A DNA stretch of 63,887 bases, the filler included, from Octopus bimaculoides (Eukaryota): the NCBI RefSeq assembly GCF_001194135.2. It is 5 parts of 4 records of this genome, joined end to end, with 100 filler letters (N's around TTAATTAATTAA, not from the genome) between each part and the next. Parts side by side here need not be neighbours in the genome. Positions count along the whole stretch, not along the records: positions 1 to 23,639 come from NC_068982.1; 4 more parts are not named here. The stretch is one strand, 5' to 3'. Position 1 is the stretch's first letter, and the number at the start of each line of letters is the position of its first letter. The translations under genes and the position numbers were made by a program. The notes under the pieces are model-generated. The model worked only from the letters and a program-made list of their open reading frames with translations, was not told where the DNA came from and searched no databases. Shown here piece after piece: positions 1 to 11,613 of this stretch.

Positions 1-31
<31 letters not shown>

Positions 32-162
32 GGAGAGTATTGTAGGTCGCTTGAAGCATTGTGTATTGTTTGTAAAGAATAAAAAGTTTAGGAAGGTATA
101 ACAATGCAATATAGAACAAAAAATGGACTGTATACCTGTTGTAACTTGGTAAACTGTAGTCT

Positions 163-198
163 GATGATATTTCGGAATTAGAATTCCTTCTTCAGATC
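163..198 (-). ncRNA. Minimal type-I hammerhead ribozyme motif (mirror copy)
   Basis: Exact reverse complement of 210-245. Confidence 0.7.
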
Positions 199-209
199 TT
201 AATTTGCTG

Positions 210-245
210 GATCTGAAGAAGGAATTCTAATTCCGAAATATCATC
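210..245 (+). ncRNA. Minimal type-I hammerhead ribozyme motif
   Basis: GAU / CUGAAGA / A / stem II GGAAU-UCUA-AUUCC / GAAA-UAU-C / AUC. Stem I is GAU:AUC, stem III is the palindrome AUAU, and predicted cleavage is after C242. Confidence 0.7.
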
Positions 246-376
246 AGACTACAGTTTACCAAGTTACAACAGGTATACAGTCCATTTTTTGTTCTATATT
301 GCATTGTTATACCTTCCTAAACTTTTTATTCTTTACAAACAATACACAATGCTTCAAGCGACCTACAATACTCTCC

Positions 377-412
<36 letters not shown>

Positions 413-417
413 CAATA

Positions 418-1032
418 CAAGGTCTGATCAATACATATCTGGACTGTTGCCATAATAGCAAAGCTAAAGCACACAGATTGAAACCGCTTAACAAAGATTG
501 ACCTTGAACTCTGCTTGCGCACGCACACTAAGTTTTAACATTCTAGCTCAATTCTGCTGTTTACAGCAGTGCTTGGAAGGAAGGTGTGTAGCGTGTGATT
601 GTTGCATTGACCATGACAGAAAGTTGTCATGACAATACCTGCTCAGAGGCCTACACAAAGTTGCAGAAAGTGTATGGAGAGGAGTGTATGAGCCACACAC
701 AAGTGTACAATGGTTCAGATGTTTCCAAGATTATCGACAAAATGTCAATATTGTCTAAGTAGGTATCGCCAAGCTTTTGTCTAAGCAGGTATTGCCAAGT
801 TTTTGGCAATATTTGATGCAGATTCTCTGCTCAACTTTTTCTGTCATGGTTAATGCAATGATCACACACTACACACCTTCCTTCCAAGCACTGCCGTAAA
901 CAGCAAAAGTGAGCTAGAATGTTAAAACCTAGTGCACATGCACAGCAGAGTTCAATCTGTGCCAAGTAGCTTCACTCTGCATGCTTTATCGTCATTACTA
1001 TGGCAACAATCCGGATATTTATTGATCAGACC
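418..1032 (+). mobile_element. Non-autonomous mariner derivative with ~200-bp inverted arms and a transposase HTH remnant
   Basis: Starts TA|CAAGGTCTGATCAATA. 421-625 is an imperfect inverted copy of 832-1032. 637-745 reads TCSEAYTKLQKVYGEECMSHTQVY.WFRCFQD with one frameshift, typical of a mariner N-terminus. Confidence 0.75.
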
Positions 1033-1067
1033 ACACATGCACACGTGCACACACACACACACAAAAT

Positions 1068-1230
1068 AGGCACAGCATGGTTGATTGGTAAGAAGTTTGC
1101 TTCCCAACCGCATGGTTCTGGGTTCAGTTTCACTGTGTGGCACCTTGGGCGTGTCTTCTACTATAGCCTTGGCTGATTAAAGTCTTAGCATGGATTTGGT
1201 TGATGGAAACTGAAAGAAGCCCATTGTATA
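1068..1230 (+). mobile_element. tRNA-derived SINE, family A (5' part)
   Basis: Matches the copies at 5716, 25004, 28385, 41280 and 44725 (GGTTCCGGGTTCAGTCCCACTGCGTGG...GGAAACTGAAAGAAG). Confidence 0.8.
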
Positions 1231-1569
1231 TGAGTGTGTGTGCATGTACATATATANNNNNNNNNNNNNNNNNNNNNNNNNNNNNNNNNNNNNNNNNNNN
1301 NNNNNNNNNNNNNNNNNNNNNNNNNNNNNNNNNNNNNNNNNNNNNNNNNNNNNNNNNNNNNNNNNNNNNNNNNNNNNNNNNNNNNNNNNNNNNNNNNNNN
1401 NNNNNNNNNNNNNNNNNNNNNNNNNNNNNNNNNNNNNNNNNNNNNNNNNNNNNNNNNNNNNNNNNNNNNNNNNNNNNNNNNNNNNNNNNNNNNNNNNNNN
1501 NNNNNNNNNNNNNNNNNNNNNNNNNNNNNNNNNNNNNNNNNNNNNNNNNNNNNNNNNNNNNNNNNNNNN

Positions 1570-1604
<35 letters not shown>

Positions 1605-1698
1605 ATATACATGTATATATATATATATGTGTGTGTATATAAGAAAATTTATAATTACACACACACACAGACACACACACACACACACAATATATATA

Positions 1699-2984
1699 TT
1701 AGGTTGTCAAGAAAGTTCTTGTGGAATTTTAAATTTTGGTTTTAAATGATGTATTTTCAAATTAATTTTTGTTAAATTACTTTGACTTTATATATCATTT
1801 TAAAGCCTGTTTTTCACTCTATCTAATCGTGTTAGTCTTCTTCTTTTTGAATAATTAGGCTATTTTTTCTGGAATGTTGAATACAACATGGACAAAAAGC
1901 AAATTCGCACAATTTTCTTATTCTAGTTCAAGCTAGGCTGAAAAGCTGCCGAAACAGCTTGTGATATCAACAATGCACTTGGCCCAGGAACCAGTAATGA
2001 ATGTACAGCCCAATGGCAGTTCAAGAAATTTTGTAGTGGTGACGAGAGTCTTGAAGATGATAAGCGTAGTAGTCAGCCATCGGATGTTGACAATGATCAA
2101 CTAAGAGCCTTAGTCGAAGCCAATTGACGCACAACTGTTCGAGAGCTTGCATCTGAATTGGACTTAATGTATACAACAATTTCCAACCACTTGAAAGAGA
2201 TTGGAAAAACAAAAATACTTGAGAAATGGGTGCTGCACGAATTGAACGACAACCAAAAAAAGCGCTGTTTTGAAGTGTTGTCTTCCCTTCTTTTACGCAA
2301 CAAGAATGACCCGTCTCTCAACCGCATTGTGATTTGCAATGAAAAGTGGATTCTTTATGACAACCGGCGATGTTCAGCTCAGTGGTTGGACGCTGATGAA
2401 GCTCTACAGCACTCCCTGAAGCCAAAGTTGCACCAAAAGAAGGTCATGGTGACTGTTTGGTGGTCTGCGGTTGGTCTCATCCATCACAGCTTTTTGGATC
2501 CAAGCGAAACCATTATGGCAGAAAAGTACTGTCAGCAAATGGATGAAATGCATAAGAAACTCTGACAACAACAGCCAGCATTGGTCAATAGAAAAGGACA
2601 AATTCTTCTCCATGACAATGTTCGGCTACACGTTGCACAACTGACCCTGTAGAAGTTGAACGAATTGGACTACAAAACTCTGCCTCATCCGTCATACTCA
2701 CCAGACCTCTCGCCTACCGACTACCACTTTTTCAAGCATCTCGACAACTTCCTGCATGAGAAATGCTTCAAAAACCAAGACATTGCCAAACACGCCTTCA
2801 ACGACTTCATCGCCGCCAGAACGCAGGATTTTTATGCTACTGGCATAAATAAACTTGTTTCATGTTGGCAAAAGTGTATTGATTCTGATGGTGTTTATTT
2901 TGGTTAATAAAGTTTTGTTTGAGCCGAGATATGTGCATCTGAATTGAAAGGTTAAAAATCAGAAGAACTTTCTTGACAACCTAA
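1699..2984 (+). mobile_element. Full-length (1286 bp) mariner transposon, cecropia/Hsmar1-like
   Basis: 22-bp TIRs TTAGGTTGTCAAGAAAGTTCTT / AAGAACTTTCTTGACAACCTAA, TA target duplication on both sides, and an internal transposase frame. Confidence 0.95.
1888..2907 (+). pseudogene. Mariner DD34D transposase pseudogene (339 codons, in-frame stops, no frameshift)
   Basis: MDKKQIRTIFLF...KWVLHEL...ICNEKW (first catalytic D changed to N)...HDN...YSPDLSPTDY...WQKCIDSDGVYFG*. Five premature stops. Confidence 0.95.
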
Positions 2985-3051
2985 TATATACATACATATA
3001 TATATCCAATACATAAATAAATACACAATTATATATACACACACACATACG

Positions 3052-3084
<33 letters not shown>

Positions 3085-4752
3085 CACACACACACACACA
3101 CACATAATATATAAGAATCTTTCAGTTATGATTGTTATGACTGATGTTTCATTTTCTGTTCTTCAAATGAAGACAGCCACACATATTTACATGTATTTAT
3201 AATTTAATAATATTGGATATATTACCATAGTTCTTTATAATATTGAATATATCCACACTTAGTAATACTGAGTTTAACCACACTCATGATATTGAATATA
3301 CCAACACTTATATACAAAATTGATTATAACCACCAATATTTAATATATGGAACATAGCATTTTTTTTTACTGAATAGCAATGTAGCAATAATGAATTGTT
3401 ACTTTGGCACAAAGCCATAAATCTGTATAGCATTTTATTGATTTAATTTAATATATTATTGATATGTATTTTATCAACTCTAGAGGCATGGAAGAAAAAG
3501 ATGACCCTTGAACTTACAATGTAGGAAGAAAATACTGCTGTAATTACCGGTATATAATGTGAGACATTTAATAATAAACATCAAAGTCTAAACTGAATAG
3601 TAGCATCATATTTGAGTGTGAAAAAAAATGTAAGAACATAAAATTACTGATTTTTAGGTACAAAAAGCGTTGGGTCATATATTTGAAATTACATTGACCC
3701 CCCAGGTAAAGTTCAGTAACTACTACTATTTCTAGGCTACCATCTATATTAGTCTTCTCTTTATTAATGATCCACAAATCTGCTCTATCACATGTGGCCT
3801 CTGCCCAGGCCCAGCTCACTTAATCCACATCATTTCCTTTTACCATAAATATCAAGACTACTCACTAACATTATTCCAGTCCTTCCTCTCCTGAACACCA
3901 CTCCTCTGAAATTTTCTTTCACTCCATGTTTCTTACTGCAGTTGTTCAAGGAAGAACACATCAATTAGATCAATGTTATTAGTCTTGGAGAGCTTGCAAA
4001 AGCCATGGGTACACATCTTCCTACTGATCAAACTATATAAAAAAATATCTTAAGGTAGGATGTATTGACAAATGAGCCCCTAATTTAGCTATAGATCATG
4101 AGTAAGTTGTCGTATTGTCACTCTTTCACCAAATTACCATGATCCTAATTATAGTCCTGTCATGGGGAAGTTGTTGAGATTAATAAGCAAATCAAGTTTC
4201 ATTCAATCTGTATCAGAACTGCATCCATAATTTATTTTAATTTATTCTTACTCATTTGACCCCATTTACCAATCTTCTATAAAATGCAATTGAAGAGGTA
4301 AGTCTTAAATTTTAACTAGTTTAAATAAAGAAATATCAGGAAATCAGTACAAGGACTTTTTGTACAAGGACTACATGTATCCTCTTTTAAATAATTATTT
4401 CATTGTCAGAAATTCTGTCTCCTTATTTTACAGATTTATTTGCTTATAGCTTTCATAAATATCAAATGTATGACCATTCTTGCATTGGATGAATTAGAAC
4501 TCTTTCTGCTCCATTATAATTTAGCAATTCTTTATTGACACTCTAAAAGAGGCCTTCCAGTTCAATGATTTTATCATGTCTGACCACCACAGATCACCCA
4601 AGTCAATAGGTAGCCTTTATGTGATCATTCAACCATCCAGAAGTTACAGCTAAATCTCTTGTGAATAGCACCTTCGCATATTAGATACTGTAGTCTGTAA
4701 TAATTATTAATTTTTTGTGATTTTTTAAATTAAAAAATTACAAATTATCAAC

Positions 4753-5213
4753 AGTCGAAGACAACCACCAAACCTCAAGAGACTCCTAACAAAGGCGAGA
4801 TTCACATTTGGAAAAGAAAGTAACCAACTGTGGAGACCCCCCGTTGTAAGACATGTGAATTTATTGAGCAAGGGACAACCAAAAGACTCAAGAATGGGAA
4901 GGAATTAAAAGTGCATGCAGACATGAATTGCAAAACAAAACATCTCATCTACTGCATCACATGCCCACAATGCAATGGAAACTACATTGGAGAGACAGAA
5001 AGGAAACTCACCAGCTGTGTAAATGTGCATAAACAACAAATTAGGGATTCATCTTTTATGAATGTCCCATGCAGTGAACATCTTGATATTTGTACAAATG
5101 GCAAATTTAAAATATTCCCATTTTACAAAATAAACAATAAAAATGTACAACTACGAAAGGCAAAAGAAGAATACTTTATAAAAATTCTAAATCCAAAATT
5201 AAAACAAAAATAG
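4753..5213 (+). mobile_element. Penelope-like element, GIY-YIG endonuclease fragment
   Basis: SRRQPPNLKRLLTKARF...CGDP/RCKTC...LIYCITCPQCNGNYIGET...H...EEYFIKILNPKL with a frameshift near 4838; followed by (TA)n. Confidence 0.9.
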
Positions 5214-5235
5214 CCAACACCCCATATATGTATGC

Positions 5236-5290
<55 letters not shown>

Positions 5291-5309
5291 TATACATACA
5301 CACATATAT

Positions 5310-5570
5310 ATAGTGATCACGTGACCGACTAGACTATCAGGTGTTGTTACACATCACTGGTCACAATGCGTTTTGCATTGCTTTTGCCATCAAATGGTGC
5401 CAACTCGCTGGCTAGATGAGCAGGCCAACACTTCTCCCTGATCAAAAGGGGACTGGACCAATGTGAAATGAAGTGTTTTGCTCAAGGACACAATGCACAA
5501 CCAGGTGTGGGAATCGAACCCATGATCTAGCAATCGTGTGTGCAACACCCTAACTACCAGGCCACATACC
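5310..5570 (-). mobile_element. tRNA-derived SINE, family E
   Basis: Reverse-strand tRNA-like head (GGGTTCGATTCCCAC B-box). Similar to 25805-26062 and 51370-51575. Confidence 0.65.
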
Positions 5571-5715
5571 TTCATATGGCTACCTCTGATGAGAATAGGG
5601 TTATATAATCAGATTGTTACCTAACACTCTGTTATACTCCTAGTGTGAAACCAATCGATAAGATCAGCCATGATAGATATAGAACACTGTACACTTCGGA
5701 TAATATATATATACT

Positions 5716-5876
5716 ACAGGCTTCTTTCAGTTTCTGTCTACCAAATCCACTCACAAGGCTTTGATCAGCCCAAGCCTATAGTAGAAGGCACTTGCCCAAA
5801 GTGCCATGCAGTGGGACTGAACCTGGAACTATGTAGTTGGGAATCAAGCTTTTTACCATGCAACCACACCTGCACC
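5716..5876 (-). mobile_element. SINE family A (5' part)
   Basis: Reverse complement of the family-A head. Confidence 0.8.
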
Positions 5877-8131
5877 ATAAGAGACAATATATTCAGAAAT
5901 TTCATACTGATGGATCTATGCGTCAGGAAAATTCTCCAAATAAGGTGACTGAAAATTGAAATGTCAAACTTGTAGTCTAAATACAAAATTTCTCCATCTG
6001 TCAAAAGACTTGTCCCTATGTAGTCACCCAACTATTAGAAATAGCAGCCAAATCTCCCTCAAGTAATACCCTGCAATTTTAAAAGAAAGGATAATGTTAT
6101 AGATGCTCTTTATTGGTAAAAAAAAATCACAAAATGGTCATGGCTGGAACAACTTTTGTCTTAGAACTACTTGATCAGAGCTGATGTGGCATGATACATC
6201 AATGACATGTATTTTAGGAGTTGTTGAAGCAATCATACTTGAAGCCAAACATATAGAACAATGAACTTCTAAAGAAATCTAAACAGAATCTATCCAAATG
6301 ATAGTGTTTATTATTTAAGGATTCATTTTCAGAATTAAGAAATGATTGGCTTGTAGCCATAAATCTGTCCAACTATCTTTATCTCATAATTAAGCCAGTG
6401 TTAATTTATTTAATGTAGTGAGGATTAAAAAGCTAATAAGAAATAATTAGATGGTGAGGAAAATATTGCAGTCAATGGCAAATATTATTTACATTATTCT
6501 GGTATGGGAGACAACTGCGGACATGTTTTGGTCCTATAAACCTTATCAGTGAAGCATATTATGTCACCATACTTGCCTAACTAGTGGTGAGATAATCACT
6601 CTGTAAATGTAGTGGAGCATTATAGAATATCATATTTTCAGTGAAGATAACAACAACACTTGTAATTACATTTCTGAACTGTTTAGTGGAGAGAAAAAAA
6701 TAGAGTTAATAAAATGTGATTACTCCTGATCACCTGTTTGTTATCAGTTTCTTACAGAAACGCTTCTATGGTACTCTTACGAAGATCCTCTTGTCTCAGA
6801 AGATAACAACATAAAAATTCAATGAAATTTTAGCTTAACATTTAGCTATTGAGCACACAGCAAGTGAAGTATAATATTCTGTGATAAAAATAACAATATT
6901 GTTTTAATGATTGACACATCGTTGCTATATAACTACAATGTTGTGCTGAAGCATTTTGGAAAATAGACACATTAAACTAACTCAGCTGTACAATCGAAAG
7001 CATTAAAACAAGTTCAATGTGAGTCTATCAGCCATTTATAACAGGTACAACCAAAACAAATTACATAATCAAATTGTGTCTTGTTTTAAGATGGTGCAGC
7101 CCAATTTGAGAGAGGTTTGGCTGTTACTTCTAGCAGGTTGAGTGATCACATACAGGCCTACTCAATGACTTGTGTCATCTGATAATATCAGAGAAAATAA
7201 TATCATTGGATTTGATGGCCACTTTTAAACTGTCAATAAAGAATTGCTAGTTTGTAATAGAACAGAAATATTATTGCTCTATTCAAAGCAGGAATGGTTA
7301 TACATATGATAGTTATAAAAAGTTTAAGTTAACCAGGATGTTAATTATAAGTAGAGATACATTCATGTTTTAGAAAATAATAATACTAGGATTTGTAATT
7401 GTTAGCATGGAATATTTGCATACATGTATTCTAAGCTGTATCTAATACTTTGTGAAGCATGAAGGGAGATTTTTGATATGTCTCTCAAATCATAGATAAT
7501 GATTTTTAACATTGGCATAAAGCCAGGATAGTTGGAATCACCACAGTCAAATCAAATAGATTCCCGTATTTTATTGACTTTGGAAGGGCAAATCTAGCAG
7601 GATTTGAATGTAAAAGAATGCAAATGAATACTGCATCTGTCAATTCATCAGATTATAAGTAGTTAAAGAGAGAGAGAGAAAGAGAGAGAACAAGTCTTTC
7701 TTAAAAAGAAATAATAAATTCAAAGTGGAAGTATAGCAGCCATAACACTTTTTAGGGTATTCGTCAATTGTTGGATTAAGGTTTCCAACAGAGTGGATTC
7801 CACTCAAGGTATCCAAGGACCAGAGAATTGTACTGAATTGGGTGATATATTAAGTTTTCCACCCAAGAATAGGAGTAGTTCTATTGATGGCTTTCTTCAG
7901 TTTTCACATACTAAATTTCACTCACAAAGCTTTGGCCAAACTGAAGCTATTAACCAATGTGCCTTGCAATAGAATAAAACCAGAAATCATGGCATTTCTT
8001 AAGCACATAGCTATGTCTGTGTCACAGAGGAGCATCACAAATATAAATATATCAATATAATATTTTACAATTTAGTGTGTACATTCATTTGTAAAATACA
8101 GAATAGAATTTCTGAATCATAAAATATAGGG

Positions 8132-8782
8132 TTCAAATTTTGGCACAAGGCCAGCAATTTTGGGGAGTGGGTAAACTAATTACATTAATCCCAGTACTCA
8201 ACTGCAACTTATTTTATTGACTCTGAAAGGATGAAAGGCAAAGTTAACCTCAGTGGAATTTGAACTCAGAATGTAAAGACAGATGAAATGCTGCTAAGTA
8301 TTTGGCCTGATGTGCTAACAGTTTAGTTAGTTTACCAACTTACTATATCATAAAACATTTCAAATTTTGGCACAAAGCCAGTATTTTCAGAGGAGGAGGT
8401 AAGTTGATTACGTTGACCCCAGTGCTCAACTGGTACTTATTTTATCAATCCCAAAAAGATGAAATGCAACATTGACCTTGGCAGAATTTGAACTCAGAAC
8501 ACAAAGACAGGTGAAATGCCATAAAGCATTTTGTCTAGCATGCTAATGGTTCTGCTAGCTCACCACCCAATTGAATCATAAAACATTGTTTTCTAATTGT
8601 TGCACAAGGCCAGTAATTTTGGGAAGGAGATGAGCCAGCTCATTGACCACAATACACAACTGGTACTTATTTTATTGACCCTGAAAAGATGAAAGGCAAA
8701 GTCAACCTTGGCGGAATTTCAACTCAAAACATTAAGACAAATGAAATGCCACGAAGCGTTTTGCCTGACATGCGACAATTCT
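8132..8782 (-). mobile_element. Three head-to-tail diverged SINE family B copies (about 8132-8337, 8359-8570, 8594-8782)
   Basis: Each carries GATGAAAGGCAAAGTYRACCTYGGYGGAATTTGAACTC. They are separated and flanked by recurring (GA)ATCATAAAA. Confidence 0.85.
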
Positions 8783-9188
8783 GAATCATAAAATAATTAA
8801 AAATCCATGAAATAAAAGTCTATCTCAAGCCTACAGGCTCATTTAGGCCAGAGCTTATCCTTGATTCCGTGACATTTAAGTGGCTGAGAGTACAAGACTA
8901 AGCTTTGAATGAAATGTAAATCTGTCACAAATTCTAACTCTACCTCTAGCTGTCGCTGGTGTTTATTTTCAGCAGAGTTGGAGTGAAGTAATGGGAAATG
9001 AAGTGCCCCAAACACAAACCACTACACAATGCATGCACCTTCACTTTAGAAGCATACAATATAATTGAAATGATAAAAGTGAACATCCTTGATAATAAAG
9101 TTTATTTGAACTGAAAATGTAGTCATTTAGGTAAAATTATTTTGATATGTCTTGCAGTTGCAACAGTTATTAATTTTTGTTTTTAGAT

Positions 9189-9190
<2 letters not shown>

Positions 9191-9234
<44 letters not shown>

Positions 9235-9364
9235 CTTGTTTTGCAGCTTCATTATTTCAAAACCTATTTTATCATTTGACTCTGAAGGGTGGAATGAAAT
9301 GTTGAACAGACTTGATAAATATCAAGGCAACAATTGGGTAAAGTAAGGTGTGTGTGTGTGTGTG

Positions 9365-9417
<53 letters not shown>
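9191..9417. repeat. (GAT)n, (TG)n and (GA)n microsatellites at the start of a purine-rich tract running to about 10050
   Basis: Seen directly in the sequence. Confidence 0.95.
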
Positions 9418-9421
<4 letters not shown>

Positions 9422-10449
9422 GATAGAGAGGAAGATAGTTGAGGAAAAAATTAATTGAGCAGTAAGAGATGATTCAGACAGATAAATGGAACAAAGGAGA
9501 CGGGAGGAATAATAAATTGAGCATTGAGAGATTGTTTATACACATACACACACACACGCACGCACACACACACACACAAATGGGGAGAAAAAAAGAGACT
9601 AACAGAAAGTGTAATGAGAACATTGAAGAAGTGGTGGAGAAAAGAGAGAAAACAGTGGTAAATTTTGAAATGGATTAAAGGAAATAAAAAATCAGAAGAA
9701 AGTCAAAGAATGATAGATAAGTGCATATTCATTTATAGGTATGGATAGCTGGATAGATATATAGAGAAAGAAGAGGAAGAGAAAAGAGAATAGGGAGGAG
9801 TGAGAGAGAGAGAGAGAGACATGTTAAAAAAATGGAATAGTGGAAATCAGTGAGACGTAGGAGATAAAGAGGGAATTGAATCCAGACAGTAACAGAGAAA
9901 TGGGGGAAGCAGATAGGCAGGAGGTGGATAAAAAGAAGGGAAATTAAAAGAGCCGAGATTGATCGGAATGAGGATGTTACTGGAAGATAAGATAAGATCG
10001 AAGAAAAATGATAAATATTAAAGAAAAATAACCGAATATAGAACTAAAATGAAATAGAAGAAGCTTTCCAATTGGTGGAAAGCTTATTCACATCTAACGA
10101 ATGAAACTTCTCCTCTCACTCTCGTTTGTTAGTAGAGAAATAGAGAGAACTACAATGAGAGGAGGGAAGAAAGAAAAAGGGGGAAGTTTGTGAATGAGGA
10201 GGAAAGAAAGAGAAAACATTAACACGTACATACACATACATGATTTGATGTAGCTATAAACTCTACTTTGGTATTTACATACAGTTCTGTCTTGTTTATT
10301 TATTAACCCTATTTTTTTCTCTCCAGTAAACAGTTCAGAAATGTAATCGAAGAAAAACAAAAATGAAACAAAATATAGACAAAAGCAAAAACAAAGTTTC
10401 ATAAGTAGCCTGTTCTGTTAATTGATAATTGCAAGAGGAAACAAAGCAG

Positions 10450-11409
10450 GTGGTTGACTAATTTCCTACGATGATATCCCGGTTTATTTAGTAGTCGATT
10501 GAACATTAATTTGGATCTTCTTTTCTTCCGCTTTGAACGGCTATGTCTCGGCGAACCACTACATGTTTACAGGACACGCTGACAACCCTTTAAATCGGCA
10601 ATAAGAGAAGAATTACTCAAAATTCTACTTTTGTAGAAACCTCGCGATTTATCAGTTCTCTCGCCAGTAGTCCTTTTTCTTTTAAATTTTATTTTTGTCA
10701 CCACCTTTTCTACCACCATACTGTCATCAGACCGATCTCATCAGTCTTCCTACACATTTTCTAATCACTCAGGATTTGCTATAATTGAACATTGCACAAA
10801 CACACCCACNNNNNNNNNNNNNNNNNNNNNNNNNNNNNNNNNNNNNNNNNNNNNNNNNNNNNNNNNNNNNNNNNNNNNNNNNNNNNNNNNNNNNNNNNNN
10901 NNNNNNNNNNNNNNNNNNNNNNNNNNNNNNNNNNNNNNNNNNNNNNNNNNNNNNNNNNNNNNNNNNNNNNNNNNNNNNNNNNNNNNNNNNNNNNNNNNNN
11001 NNNNNNNNNNNNNNNNNNNNNNNNNNNNNNNNNNNNNNNNNNNNNNNNNNNNNNNNNNNNNNNNNNNNNNNNNNNNNNNNNNNNNNNNNNNNNNNNNNNN
11101 NNNNNNNNNNNNNNNNNNNNNNNNNNNNNNNNNNNNNNNNNNNNNNNNNNNNNNNNNNNNNNNNNNNNNNNNNNNNNNNNNNNNNNNNNNNNNNNNNNNN
11201 NNNNNNNNNNNNNNNNNNNNNNNNNNNNNNNNNNNNNNNNNNNNNNNNNNNNNNNNNNNNNNNNNNNNNNNNNNNNNNNNNNNNNNNNNNNNNNNTATGT
11301 ATATATATATATATATATGAAAGTAAAGATTGTTTAAAGAGAAATAGCTGATTATCAGATAGTAAATAATATCACTACTGTGGTTACAAAGGTCGATTTG
11401 GTGTTCGAG
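10450..11409 (+). promoter_or_regulatory. Candidate ITPR promoter / 5' UTR region (partly N)
   Basis: CpG-retaining unique sequence directly upstream of the ITPR first coding exon, in an otherwise CpG-poor segment. The TSS is not located. Confidence 0.35.
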
Positions 11410-11530
11410 ATGGAGACTTTAAGGTGACGTTTGGTGGTCTCTTTATTTTTACCCTCCCACGTTTTGTTTTGTTTCCTTTCGTCGTCGTCTAAGAGGCATT
11501 GGTCAACTGGTGTCATTCTTGGTTGACAAA
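11410..11530 (+). other. Candidate upstream mini-exon (ATG 11410-11423), 70-nt intron (11424-11493) and in-frame exon extension of ITPR
   Basis: AAG|GTGACG donor, pyrimidine tract and TAAG| acceptor. The spliced product [17 protein letters not shown] is in frame with ATG 11531. Confidence 0.45.
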
Positions 11531-11613
11531 ATGTCTAACACATTCCTACATTTAGGAGACATTGTATCTCTTTATGCTGAAGGCAGCGTATGTGGCTTTA
11601 TTTCCACGCTGGG
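11531..11613 (+). CDS. ITPR: Inositol 1,4,5-trisphosphate receptor, first conserved coding exon (start of the suppressor domain)
   Basis: [28 protein letters not shown] is near-identical to the IP3R N-terminal motif FLH(I/L)GDI(C/V)SLYAEGS..GF(I/L)STLG. It ends in phase 2 at a GG|GTAAGT donor. Confidence 0.93.

Larger units (their letters stand above)
1..407. repeat. Perfect inverted repeat (arms 1-198 and 210-407, 11-nt loop) of a PLE-derived terminal segment flanked by (TA)n
   Basis: Positions i and 408-i are complementary wherever checked, including the single C12/G396 interruption in the (TA)n. The loop is TTAATTTGCTG. The left arm runs off the window start. Confidence 0.95.

Noticed and set aside
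10060-10085. Small hairpin AAGCTTTCCA-ATTGG-TGGAAAAGCTT
   Set aside because: Too short for a pre-miRNA and has no supporting context.
10722-10746. Two CTGATGA motifs on the minus strand
   Set aside because: No stem II or GAAA arrangement and no box C/D geometry.
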